Shown here piece after piece: positions 27,233-40,300 of a stretch of 64,000 bases of DNA. A program made the translations under genes and the position numbers. The notes beneath the pieces were generated by a model. That model saw only the letters and a program-made list of their open reading frames with translations, ran no database searches and was not told where the DNA came from. The stretch comes from Squalus acanthias (lineage: Eukaryota): positions 157,544,001-157,608,000 of the forward strand of contig CM059431.1 in NCBI GenBank assembly GCA_030390025.1, written 5' to 3'. Each line of letters begins with the position of its first letter. Position 1 is the first letter of the stretch.

Positions 27233-27464
27233 TAGTAGCTTAATGGCACCTCTATTATTTATTTTCTTTAACCTTCTAGATTTTGTCCTTTACCCCTCCA
27301 GGACATCCTTCCTCTCCAGTGTTGTAACATTCTCCTTAAACAATACTGCCACACCACCTCCTATCTTTCCTTCCCTATCTTTCCTGACACATTATAACCA
27401 GGAATATTTAATAACTAGTCTTGCCCTTTTTGGAGCCAGGTCTCAGTTACCGACACAACATCTT

Positions 27465-30400
27465 ACATAGAACATTACAGCACAGTACAGGCCCTTCGGC
27501 CCTCGATATTGTGCCGAGCATTGTCCGAGACCAAGATCAAGCTATCACACTCCCTATCACTCTGGTGTGCTCCATGTGCTTATCCAATAACCGCTTGAAA
27601 GTTCCTAAAGTGTCCGACTCCACTATCACAGCAGGCAGTCCATTCCACACCCCAACCACTCTCTGAGTAAAGAATCTACCTCGGACATCCCTTCTGTATC
27701 TCCCCCCATGCACCTTATAGTTATGCCCCCTTGTAACAGCTGCCTCTACCCGAGGAAATAGTCTCTGAACATCCACTCTATCTATCCCCCTCATCATCTT
27801 ATAAACCTCTATTAAGTCGCCTCTCATCCTCCTCCGCTCTAAAGAGAAAAGCCCCAACTCCCTCAATCTTTCCTCATAAGACCTCCCCCCCAAACCAGGC
27901 AGCATCCTGGTAAATCTCCTTTGCACTCTTTCCAATGCTTCCACGTCCTTCCTATAGTGAGGTGATCAGAACTGCACACAATATTCCAAATGTGGTCTCA
28001 CCAAGGTCCTGTACAGTTGCAGCATAACCTCACGGTTCTTAAACTCAAACCCTCTGTTAACAAACGCCAACACACCATAGGCCTTCTTTACTGCTCTATC
28101 CACTTGAGTGGCAAACTTCAGAGATCTGTGGATATGAACCCCGAGATCCCTCTGCTCCTCCACGTTCCTCAGAACCCTGCCGTTGACCCTGTAATGCTTA
28201 TTCAAATTTGCCCTACCAAAATGAATCACCTCGCACTTATCAGGGTTAAATTCCATCTGCCATTTTTCGGCCCAGCTCTGCATCCTATCAATGTCTCTTT
28301 GCAGCCTACAACTGCCCTCCACCTCATCCACTACTCCACCAATCTTGGTGTCATCAGCAAATTTACTGATCCACCCTTCAGTCCCCTCCTCCAAGTCATT
28401 GATAAAAATCACAGACAGCAGAGGACCCAGCACCGACCCCTGTGGCACACCGCTGGTAACTGGTCTCCAGTCCGAAAATGTTCCATCCACCACCACCCTC
28501 TGCCTTCTATGAGATAGCCAGTTACTTATCCAATCGGCCAAATTTCCCTCTATCACACAACTCCTTACATTCTTCATGAGACGACCATGGGGAACCTTAT
28601 CAAACGCCTTACTAAAATCCATGTATACGACATCAACTGCTCTACCTTCATCTACACACTTAGTTACCTCCTCAAAGAATTCAATCAAATTTGTTAGGCA
28701 AGACTTACCCTTCACGAATCCGTGTTGACTATCCCTGATTAAGTTGCCCCTTTCCAAATGGTCATAAATCCTATCCCTCAGGACCTTTTCCATTATCTTA
28801 CCAACCACCGAAGTAAGACTAACCGGCCTATAATTACCAGGGTCATTCCTATTTCCTTTCTTGAAGAGAGGAACAACATTCGCCACTCTCCAGTCCTCTG
28901 GCACCATCCCCGTGGACAGTGAGGACCCAAAGATCAAAGCCAGAGGCTCTGCAATCTCCTCCCTTGCCTCCCAAAGAATCCTAGGATATATCCCATCTGG
29001 CCCAGGGGACTTATCGACCCTCAGGTTCTTCAAAATTGCTAAAACATCTTCCCTCAGAACATCTACCACCTCCAGCCTATCCACCTTTATCACACTCTCA
29101 TCCTCAAGAACATGGCCCCTCTCCTCGGTGAACACTGACGAAAAGTATTCATTCATCACCTCTCCTATCTCTTCTGACTCCATGCACAAGTTCCCACTAC
29201 TGTCCTTGACCGGCCCTACCCTCACCCTGGTCATTCTTTTATTTCTCACATAAGAGTAAAAAGCCTTGGGGTTTTTCTTGATCCGACCCGCCAAGGACTT
29301 CTCATGCCCCCTCCTAGCTCTCCTAAGCTCTTTTTTTAGCTCATTCCTTGCTACCTTGTACCCCTCAATCGACCCAACTGAACCTTGTTTTCTCATCCTT
29401 ACATACGCTTCCTTTCTCCTCTTGACTAGACATTCAACCTCTTTGATGAACCATGGTTCTCTCACTCGGCCATTTCCTCCCTGCCTGACAGGGACATACC
29501 TATCAAGGACACGCAGTAATTGCTCCATGAAAAAGCTCCACTTTTCGTTTGTGCCTTTCCCTGATAGTTTCTGTTCCCATCTTATACTCCCTAATTCTTG
29601 CCTAATCGCATCATAATTACCCCTCCCCCAATTATAAACCCTGCCCTGCCGTATGGCCCTATCCCTCTCCATTGCAATAGTGAAAGTTACCGAATTGTGG
29701 TCACTATCTCCAAAGTGCTCTCCCACATACAAATCAAACACTTGGCCCGGTTCATTACCCAGTACCAAATCCAACGTGGCCCCACCTCTTGTCGGCCTAT
29801 CCACATATTGTGTCAGGAAACCCTCCTGCACACACTGTGCAAAAACTATCCCATCCGAACTGTTTGACCTATAAAGGTTCCAATCAATATTTGGAAAGTT
29901 GAAGTCACCCATGACAACTACTCTGTGACCTCCACACCTATTCATAATCTGCTTTGCAATTTCTTCCTCCACATCTTTATTACTATTTGGGGGCCTGTAG
30001 AAAACTCCTAACAACGTGACCGCTCCTTTCCTATTTCTAACTTCAGCCCATATTACCTCAGACGGCAGATCCCCCTCGAACTGCCTTTCTGCCGCTGTTA
30101 AACTATCCTTGATTAACAATGCTACTCCTCCACCTTTGTTACCAACTTCCCTACTCTTACTGAAACATCTATACCCCGGAACTTCCAACAACCATTCCTG
30201 TCCCTGTTCTAACCATGTCTCCGTAATGGCCACCACATCGTAGTCCCAAGTACCAATCCACGCTCCAAGTTCTCCTACCTTATTCCGGATGCTCCTTGCA
30301 TTGAAGTAGACACACTTCAAGCCATCTTCCTGTCTGCCGGTACATTCCTGCGACCTTGATACCCTCCTCAGTACCTCCCTACACTCACCACTGGCTCGTG

Positions 30401-30889
30401 GACTACAGCCCTTTTTCCCATCCCCCTGACAAATTAGTTTAAACCCCCCCCGAAGAGCCGTAGCAAATTTCCCTCCCAGGAAATTGGTGCCCCTCTGGTT
30501 CAGGTGCAAACCGTCCTGTTTGTACAGGTCCCACCTTCCCCAGAATGTGCTCCAATTATCCACATAACTGAAACCCTCCCCCCTACACCATCCCTGCAGC
30601 CACGTGTTTATCTGCACTCTCTCCCTGTTCCTCAACTCGCTAGCACGTGGCACCGGCAACAAACCAGAAATTACAACATGGTTTGTACTGGCTCTCAGCT
30701 TCCAACCTAGCTCCCTAAAATCCTGTTTTAAATCCCCGACCCTTCTCCTACCTATGTCGTTGGTACCGATGTGTACCACGACTTGTGATTGTTCCCCTTC
30801 CCCTTTGAGGATTCTGAAAACACGGTCCTAGACGTCACGGACCCTGGTACCCGGGAGGCAACATACCATCCGTGAGTCTCTTTTGCTGC
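27465..30889 (-). mobile_element. Young, nearly intact CR1 LINE (5'-truncated within ORF1)
   Basis: 937-codon open frame 30779-27966 plus continuation to 27537; near-identical to the 2823-3260 insertion. Confidence 0.97.
27537..30779 (-). pseudogene. CR1 ORF1 (SGNH esterase C-terminal part) fused in frame to ORF2 (APE endonuclease + RT); single TGA at 27966-27968
   Basis: HIGTND and DGLHLN (esterase); YFNARS, AITETW, GDFN, LDLVL, SDH (APE); [18 protein letters not shown] (RT). CVQF*SPHY shows a TGG>TGA change. The track start is GTG, and a further TAG lies upstream at about 30828-30830. Confidence 0.93.
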
Positions 30890-31854
30890 CATGTGGTTTT
30901 CGTGCCTGTAGCTCACTTACCTTGTTTACTACGCTTCGTGCATTCACATACATTCACTGTAAACCCATCTTAGAACATCCTGTATTCCCTCTTTGTTGGA
31001 CCCCACTATACCTTACTATTTCTTACTTTAGTGCTCTCTGCCTCTCCCAATCCTTTGAGCACTTTATTTCACCTTTCTAACGTAACATCCTGGTGCCCAT
31101 CCATTTGCCAAATTAATTTAAACCCTCCCCAACAGCATCAGCAAACCCGGAGCTCGAGCTCCTCCAGCTGACGACACCTCCTGCACCCGTGGTTGTCCAG
31201 AACACGGGAAGCATCCTGGATTTCCCACAAGGCACAGCATGTGCACTCCGTGGGACTGAGTTACACTGCCATGCCTCTAGTTTATAGGCTATTAACTAGC
31301 TTTACAGAAATTAAGATTATTAATATAATAGTATTAACAGTTACTAATTTAGTAAAGTATTAACAGTTACCCATCTATACGTTTCTGTTTTATCTCTAAA
31401 CAGCTTTTTAAAACTTGCACCTTGAGGAGCAAGAAAAAACATTTTTTTAAACTACGTAACCTTTACCAACCAATCAGTTGCCAGGTGTCCTGTGACGTCC
31501 TTGTGGTTTCTCTCTCTCTCCCTTTCTCTGCGCTCAATCTCCACCCAGTACCGCTCTCGCTGCAGCTGCCGCCGGTGAGTCTGGACGGCTTCCTCTCTCC
31601 CCACTCTTTAACTCCTCGGACTCCGCGCTCAGTCTTCACCCAGGGCCGCTCTCGCTGCTGATGCTACCGGTGAGTCCAGCCCACTTGAGATAGAGACCAA
31701 TATTATAATAGCCTTTGTTATTAAATTTCTATCTGTCTACTTTCTTTCAGTGATTTCTGTAATTGCACACCTACATTTCTCTGCTCCTCCACTGTTCCTA
31801 ACTTCTCGCCATTTAGCAATCACTCTGATCTATCTTTCTTATTTATTTCAGTAT

Positions 31855-33490
31855 TTGTAGGGAAATGAAGTTAGGGAAATTGACGGGATTGAAGTCCGAT
31901 AAATCCCCAGTGCCTGATAATCTACATCCGAGGGTACTTAAGGAAGTGGCGCTAGAAATAGTAGATGCATTGCTGGTCATCTTTCAAAATTCTATAGACA
32001 GTGGAACAGTTCCCATGGATTGGAGGGTAGTTAATGTAACACCAATATTTTAAAAAGGTGGTAGAGAAAAAACGGGGAATTATAGACCGGTAAGCCTGAC
32101 ATCGGTAGTGGGCAAAATGCTAGAGTCCATTATAAAAGATGTAATAGCAGAGCACTTGGAAAACAATGACAGGATCGGACAAAGTCAACATGGATTTACA
32201 AAAGGGAAATCATGCCTGACTAATCTACTGGCATTTTTTGAGGATGTAACTGGTAGAATAGATAAGGGAGAAACAGTGGATGTGGTGTATTTGGACTTTC
32301 AGAAGGCTTTCGATAAGGTGTCGCATAAGAGATTAGCGTGCAAAGTTAAAGCACATGGGATTGGGGGTAAGGTACTGACTTGGATTGAGAACTGGTTGAC
32401 AGACAGGAAGCAAAGAGTTGGAATAAACGGGTCTTTTTCCGAGTGGCAGGCAGTGACTAGTTGGGTACAAAGGGATCGGTGCTAGGACCCCAGCTATTCA
32501 CAATATATATTAATGATCTAGACGAGGGAACTAGATGTAATATCTCTAGGTTTGCACACGACACAAAGCTGGGTGGGCGTGTGTACTGTGAGGAGGATGC
32601 AGAGAAATTCCAGTATCACTTGGACAGGTTGGGTGATTGGGCAGATTCATGGCAGATGCAGCATGATGTGGATAAATGCGAGGTTATCCACTTTGGTGGC
32701 AAAAACAGGAAGACAGATTATTATTTGAACGGCAATAGATTGGGAAAAGGGGAAGTGCAACGAGATCTGGGTGTCCTTGTGCACCAGTCGCTGAAGGTAA
32801 GCATGCAGGTACAGCAGGCGGTTAAGAAGGCAAATGGTATGTTGGCCTTCATAGCGAGAGGATTCGAGTACAGGAGCAAGGATGTCTTGCTGCATTGTAA
32901 AGGGCCTTGGTGAGACCACACCTTGAGTATTGTGTGCAGTTTCGGTCGCCTTATATGAGGAAGGATATTCTTGCCATGGAGGGAGTGCAGCGAAGATTTA
33001 CCAGACTGATACCTGGGATGGCAGCAATGACGTATGAAGAGAGATTGGGTCGATTAGGCTTATATTCGCTAGAGCTTCGAAGAATGAGAGGGGATCACAT
33101 TGAAACATATAAAATGCTAACAGGACTAGACAGACTCGATGCAGGATGGATGTTCCCGATGGTGGGGCAGTCCAGAACCAGATGTCACAGTCTAAGGATA
33201 AGGGTTAAGCCATTTAGGACTGAGATGAGGAGGAATTTCTTCACCCAGAGAGTGGGGAACCTGTGAAATTCTCTACCACAGAAGGCAGTTGAGGCCAATT
33301 CATTAAATATATTCAAGAAGGAGATAGATAAATTTCTAAAGGCTAAAGGGATCAAGGGATATCGGGAGAAAGCAGGGACAGGGTACTGAATTTGGATGAT
33401 TTACCATGATCTCAGTAAATGGCGGAACAGGCTCGAGGGACCGAATGGCCTACTCCTGCTCCTATTTCTATGCTTCTATGCTTCTATGCT
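31855..33490 (+). mobile_element. 5'-truncated CR1 (RT to 3' tail), nested in an older minus-strand CR1 fragment (about 31690-33740)
   Basis: ORFs 31865, 32108, 32461, 32907; tail (TTCTATGC)n; same subfamily as 63078-64000. Confidence 0.92.
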
Positions 33491-33789
33491 TAGGTCCATA
33501 GTGGGTGACCACACGCTTCACAACGTCGGATTACATCAGCCACAGCTTTGCCCACTCACTTAATCCACCAATGTCCATTTGCTGCTTTATTTTCCATCTG
33601 CACTGCTTACTGGGCGAACTAACTTAGTGTCGTCATCAAATTTAGTAATACGGCTCTGTACTCCTTCACCCAAGTCATTTATAAAATAGGAAAAAGGTGA
33701 ATGCGCAATACTGATCACTGGGGACACCACTGTTCCCATTATGTTGTTTTTGATCTCTAGGTTAACAGATATATATATATAATTCGTAA

Positions 33790-34170
33790 GACTTCTTATT
33801 GCAACGGTTTAATAACACATTTCTTATATTGATAAGGCTTATTTCAGTTCCTTTTGAACAGAGAATATTATTCCACATGCTATTCCTTAATCCCAGTACT
33901 GGGGGCGGTGCAATGAATATTTGCACATGTCCGTTTGACGATCTGGCTTCTTCCAACAAACGCAGTGAGAAGACTTTCCAGTCCATCTGTCTAAGTATGA
34001 GCCAGGCCTTCCAGAGTCACAAATAACACATGAAAACTCTTATATTCGTACCGCACACATCCTGTGAGCGTCACACTTACTGTTGGTCCAACTCATGTCC
34101 TGTCACACGCATTTCCTATTGCACATAATATGTCAAAGTTCCAGTTTAACCTTTCACTCGCCGTTACTAA
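33790..34170 (+). repeat. Diverged paralogous non-TE block (copy 1)
   Basis: Aligns with about 48090-48470 (shared CAACAAACGCAGTGAGAA, TTCCAGT(C/T)CATCTG, AGAGAATATT). Confidence 0.8.
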
Positions 34171-34325
34171 TAGCGTAGGATTTGGTATTGCTGATTAAAT
34201 AAGACTCATTTTGCAGCTTAGAATATTTGAGAGAGCGTTATGTAAACGATGGTTAATAGAGATTCCAGATAATTAACACATGATAGAAATATCGGAGAAT
34301 AAAACAGCACAGAGAAGTAGAAGAG

Positions 34326-37300
34326 GTGTGCAGCCCAGGGAGGATGGGTCCAGTGAGATCAGACAGTGTGTAGCCCAGGGAGGATGGGTCCAGTGAGATC
34401 AGACAGTGTGTAGCCCAGGGTGGATGGGTCCAGTGAGATTAGACAGTGTGCAACCCGGGGAGGATGGGCCAAGTGAGATCAGACAGTGTGCTAAATGGGA
34501 AGGATGGGCCCAGTGAGATCAGACAGTATGTAACCCGGTGAGGAAGGTCCCAGTGAGATCAGACAGTTTGTAACTTCGGGGGGGATGGGCTCAGTGAGAT
34601 CAGGCAGGGGGTAACCCACGGAGGAGGGGCCAGTGAGATCAGTCAGTGTGTAACTCGGGGAGGATAGTCCCAGTGAGATCAGACAGTGTTTTAAATGGGG
34701 AGGATGGGCCCAGTGAGATCAGACAGTGTGTAACCCGGGGAGGATGGGTCCATGAGATCAGTCAGTGTGTAACTCGGGGAGGATGGGCCCAGTGAGATCA
34801 GACAGTGTGTAACCCGGGGAGGATGGGCCCATGAGATCAGTCAGTGTGTAACTCGGGGAGGTTGGGCCCAGTGAGATCAGAGAGTGCGGAAGTCGGGGAG
34901 GATGGGCCCAGAATGATCAGCCAGTTTGGGACCAGCGGAGGATTGGCCCAGTGAGTTCAGTCAGTGTGTAACTAGGGGAGGATGGGCCCAGTGAGATCAG
35001 ACAGTGTGTAATCCGGGAAGCATGGGCACGGTGAGATCAGCCAGTTTGTAACCCGGGGAGGATGGGCCTTGTGAGATCAGATAGTGTCTATCCCGGAGAG
35101 GATATGCCCAGTGAGGTCAGACAGTGTGTAACCCGGGGAGGATGGGCCCATGTGAGATCAGACAGTGAGTAACTCGGGGAAGGTGCGCTCAGTGACATCA
35201 TAAGAACTTAAGAAATAGGAGCAGGAGTAGGCCATTCGGCCCTTCGAGCCTGCTCCGCCATTCATTGAGATCATGGCTGATCTTCTGCTTCAACTCCATT
35301 CACCGGCCCATCGCCATATCCCTTGATACCATTACTAGTCAGAAATCTATAGTCTTCTGTTTTGAATATATCCAATGACTGAGCCTGCACAGCCCTCTGG
35401 GGTACAGAATTCCAAAGATTCATCACCCGCTGTGTGAAGAAATTTCTTCTCATCTCAGTCCTGAATAGCGTACCCTTTATCTTGAGGCTGTAGCCCCGAT
35501 TCTAGACTCCCCAGCCAAGGGAAACATTCTCCGAGCATCCACCGTATCAAGCCCTGTAATAATTGTGCATGCTTCAAAGAGATCCCCTCTCATCCTTCTG
35601 AATTCAAGAGAACACAGGCCTAGTTTACTCAATCTCTTCTCATACGACAGTCCCGCCATTCCAGGAATCAATCTCGTGAACCTTCGTTGCACTCCCTCTA
35701 TGGCAAGTATAGCCTTCCTTAGGTAAGGAGACCAAAATTGCACACAGTACTCCAGGTGTGGTCTGAACAAGGGCATATATAATTGGAGTATGACTTCTTT
35801 ACTCCTGTACTCAAATCCTCTTGTAATGAAGGCCTGCTTACCATTTGCCATCCTAATGGCTTGCTGCACCTGCACATTCACTTTCAATGACTCATGTTAA
35901 GGACCCCCAGATCTCTTTAATCATCTGCATTCCCCAATCTTTCACCATTTAGGAAATACACTGCCTTCCTGTTTTTTCTACCAAAGTGGATAACTTCACA
36001 TTTATCCACATTATATTCCATCTGCCATGTTCTCGCCCACTCACTGAGCCTGTCGAGATCCGCTTGAAATCTCTTCATATTCTCTTCGAAACTAACACTG
36101 CCACCAAGCTTTTTATCGCCAGCAAATTTGTAAATGTTACATTTAGTCCCCTCATCCAAATCATTGATATAGATTGTGAATAACTGGGGCCCAAGTACGG
36201 ATTCTTGCGGTACCCCACTAGTAACAGCCTGCCATTCTGAAAAAGATCCATTTATCACTACTCTTTGTTTTCTGTCTGTTAACCAATGCTAGTATATTAC
36301 CCCCAATTCACTGTGCCCTAATTTCCTTCACCAACCTCTTGTGTGGGACCTTATCGAAGGCCTTCTGAAAATCCAGATACAGCACATTTACCGGTTCCCC
36401 TTTGTCCACTGCACTAGTTACATCCTCAAAGAACTCCAATAGGCTTGTCAAACAGGATTTCCCTTTCATAAATCCATGTTGACTCTGCCCAAACTTACTA
36501 TTAGTTTCTAAGTGCCCAGTTATTGCATCCTTTATAATAGATTCCAGCATTGTCCCAAATACTGATGTGAGGCTAACAGGTCTGTAGTTCCCCGTTTTCG
36601 CTCTCCCTCCTTTCTTAAATAGCGGGGTTGCATTTGCTATCCTCCAATCTGCAGGAACCGTTCCAGAATCTATAGAATTTTGGAAGATGACAACCAATGC
36701 TTCCACTATTCCAATGACCACCTCTTTCAAAACCCTAGGATGTAGGTCATCCGGTCCTTGGGATTTATCGGCCTTCAGTCCCATTAATTTTGCTACTGCT
36801 TTTTTTTTACTAATAATTTCTTTAAGTTCCTCATTCTCGCCACACCCTTGGTTTTCTCGTATTTCTGGGAGGTTTTCAGTGTCTTCCTCCGTGAAGAAAG
36901 AAACAAAGTATTAATTTAATTTCTCTGCCATTTCGTCATTACCCATTATAAATTCTCCCGTCACTGACTGTAAAGCACCTTCATTTACCTTCGCCAGTCT
37001 TTTCCTCTTCACAAACCTATAGAAGCTTTTACAATCCGTTCATATATTTTTCGCTGGTTTGTGCTCTTATTGAATTTACCTCTTCTTTATCAATTTCGTG
37101 GTCCCCCTTTGCTGTTTTCTAAAAAGATCCCAATCCTCAGGCTGACCGCTTTTTCTGGCAACTTTATAATCCTCCTTTGATTAATGCTAGCTTTAAATTC
37201 TTTTGTAAGCCATGGTTGGATCACTTTTCCTTTTGGGTTTTTATGCCCTGGAGGAATATATATGTTTGTTGCAAATTATGCATCATTTCCTTGAATGTGA

Positions 37301-40300
37301 GCCATTGTATGTCTACCTTCATACCTTTTAGTGTAGTCTCCCAATCTACCATGGCCAATTTGTCCCTCATACCCTTGTAGTTTCCTCAATTTGCATGGAA
37401 GACCTTAGTTTCAGATTGGACTACATCACTCTAAAACTTAATGTAAAATGCAATCGTATTGTGGTCTCTTGTACCTAAAGGCCCCTTTACCAAAAGATTA
37501 TAGATTAGCCCTTTCAAATTACACAGTACACGATCCAGTATAACCTGTTGCCTGGTTGGTTCCTCCACATTATGATCCAGGAAACCATCTCGCTTGCCTT
37601 CCAAGAATTCGTCCTCCACACCATTAGTAGTAATTTGATTTGACCAGTCAATATGCAGATTAAAGTCCCGCATGATTACTGTATTGCCCTTGTTACAGGC
37701 ATTTCAAATCACTTGATTAATACTGTGCCCTACATTACCATTACTGTTTGGGGGCTATACACAAACACCACCAATGTTTTCGGCACTTTGCTGTTTCTTA
37801 GCTCCACCCAAATGGTTCCAGTTCTACATCATAATCTGCCAAGCCAAGATTTTTTATGTCTACTGTACCGATCAGACAGTGTGTAACCCGGTGAGGACGG
37901 ACCCAATTATATTCGGCAGTTGTAACCCGGGGAGGATGGCCCAGTGAGTTCAGACAGTGTGTAGCCCGGGGAAGATGGGCTCAGTGAGATCAGTCAGTGT
38001 TTAACTCGGGGAGCATAGTCCCAGTGAGATCCGACAGTTTGTATCCAGGGGAGGATGGGCCTAGTGAGTTCAGACAGTGCGTAAGTCTGGGAGGCTGGGC
38101 CCCGTGAGATCAGACAGTTTGTAACTCGGGGAGGGTGGGCCCAGTCAGATCAGACACTGTGTAACTCGGCGAGAATGGGCACAGTGAGATCGCACTGTGT
38201 CTAACCCGGGGAGGATGGGTCCAGTGAGAGCAGACAGTGTGTAACACCGTGAGATTGGGCCCAGTGAGATCAGACTGTTTGTAAACTGGAAGGATAGGCC
38301 AAGTGAAATCAGACAGTGTGTAACACCGGGGAGGATGGGCCCAGCGAGACCAGACTGTGTGTAAGCCGGGAGGATGGACCCAGTGAGATCAGACAGTGTG
38401 TAACCCGGAGAGGATGGACCCAGTGAGATCAGACAGTGTGTAACCCGGGGAGGATGGGAAGATGTGAGATCTGTTAGTGAGCAACTCGGGTAGGATGGGC
38501 CAAATGAGATCAGACAGTTGTAACCCGGGAAGGAATTTACCCAGTGAGATCAGACAGTGTGTAAACCGGGGAGGAATGTACCCAGTGAGATCAGACAGTG
38601 TGTAAACCGGGGAGGATGGGTTCAGTGAGATCAGACAATGAGCAAATCAGGAAAATGGGACCAGTGATAACAGGCATGGTGTAACCCGGGAGAATGGGCC
38701 CAGTGACATCAAACAGTGTGTAACCCGGGGAGGATGGGCCCAGAGAGTTCAGTCAGTGAGTAACCTGAGGAGGGGCTGTCCAGTGAGATCAGACAGTGTG
38801 TACCCCGGGGAGGATGGGCCCAGTGAGATCAGACAGTAAGTAACCAGGGCAGGGTGGGGTCCTGTGAGATCAGACAATGTTTAACTGGGAGTGGATGTGC
38901 CCATTGGGATCTGAAATTGTTTAAAACGGGGAGGATGGGCCCAGTGAGATGTAACAATTTGTAATCCGGGGAGGATGGGCCCTGTGAGATCAAAGAATGT
39001 GTAACCCGGGAGGATGGGCCCAGTGAGATCAACGTGTAACCCGGGTAGGTTGGGCCAAGCGAGATGAGACTGTGTGTAACCCGGGGAGGATGCGTCCTTG
39101 GATTTCAGACAATATGTACCCCGGGGAGGATGGGCCCAGTGGGGTCAGACAGTTTGTAACCCGGGAGGAGGGGGGTGCGGTTTGGCGCCAGTGAGTTCAT
39201 TCAGTGTTTAACTCGGGGAGGATGGGCCCAGTGACATCAGACAGGTTGTAACACGGGGAGGATGGGCCCAGTGAGAACAGACAGTGAGTATATCGCGAGG
39301 AGGATGGGACCGGTGAGATCAGATTGGTTGGAACCCGCGGAGAATGGACCAGTGAGATCAGAAAGGATGTTACTCGGGGAGGATTGTTCCAGTGAGATCA
39401 GACAGTGTGTTAACCGGTAAGAAGGGCGGTGTGAGATCAGACAGTGTTTAACCCGGGGATGATGGGCCCAGTGAGAACAGACAATGTGTAACCCGGGGAG
39501 GATGGGCCCAGTGAGATCAGACAATGTAACCCGGGGAGGATGGCTCAAGTGAGATCAGAAAAAGAGCAACCTGGGGAGGATGGGCCCAGTGATATGAGGC
39601 ACGGTGTAACCCAGGGAGAACATGCCCAGTGAGCTTAGACAGTGTGTAACCTTTGGAGGATGGGTCCAGTGACTTCAGACAGTTTGTAACCCGGGGAGGA
39701 TGGACCCAGTGAGATCAGACAGTGTCTAACTGTGGAGGATGGGGACAGAGAGATCAGACAGTGTGTAACCCGGGGAGGATGGACCCAGTGAGTACAGTCA
39801 GTTTGTAACCAGGGGAGGATGGGCCCAGTGAGATTCGTCAGTTTGCAGCTCGGGGAACATGGGCCCAGTGAGATCAGTCAGTTTGCCGCTCGGGGAGGAT
39901 GGGCCCAGTGAGATCAGACAGTGTGTAACCAGTGGAGGATGGACCCAGTGAGATCAGACAATGTGCAGCCAGGGGAGGATGAACCGAGTGAGACCAGACA
40001 GTGTGTAAACCAGAGAGGATGGGCCCAGTGAGATCAGACAGTGTGTAACCCGGGAAGGATGGGCCCAGTGAGATCAGGCAGTGTGTAACCCGGGGAGGAT
40101 GGGCCCAGTGAGATCAGACAGTGTGTAACCCGGGGAGGATGGGCCCATGTGAGATCTGTTAGTGAGTAATTCGGGTAGATGGGCCCAGTGAGAACAAACA
40201 ATGTAACCGGGGAGGATGGGCCCTGTGAGATCAGACAGACTGTAATCCGGGGATGATGGACCCAGGTGTGCACAGACATTGAGTCAACCGGTTTGGATTG

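Larger units (their letters stand above)
22315..31690 (-). mobile_element. Full-length degraded host CR1 split into five pieces by four nested insertions; ORF1 internally deleted
   Basis: Collinear pieces 22315-23383, 24270-24692, 25222-26248, 27233-27464 and 30890-31690 resume at matching consensus positions (3' tail, RT, APE, ORF1 zinc finger CTCCALWEI..CRRC, putative 5' UTR). Confidence 0.85.

Noticed and set aside
27966..30779. Domesticated host RT gene or intact active element
   Set aside because: 5'-truncated, GTG start, nonsense codons at 27966 and about 30829; ordinary CR1 tail.
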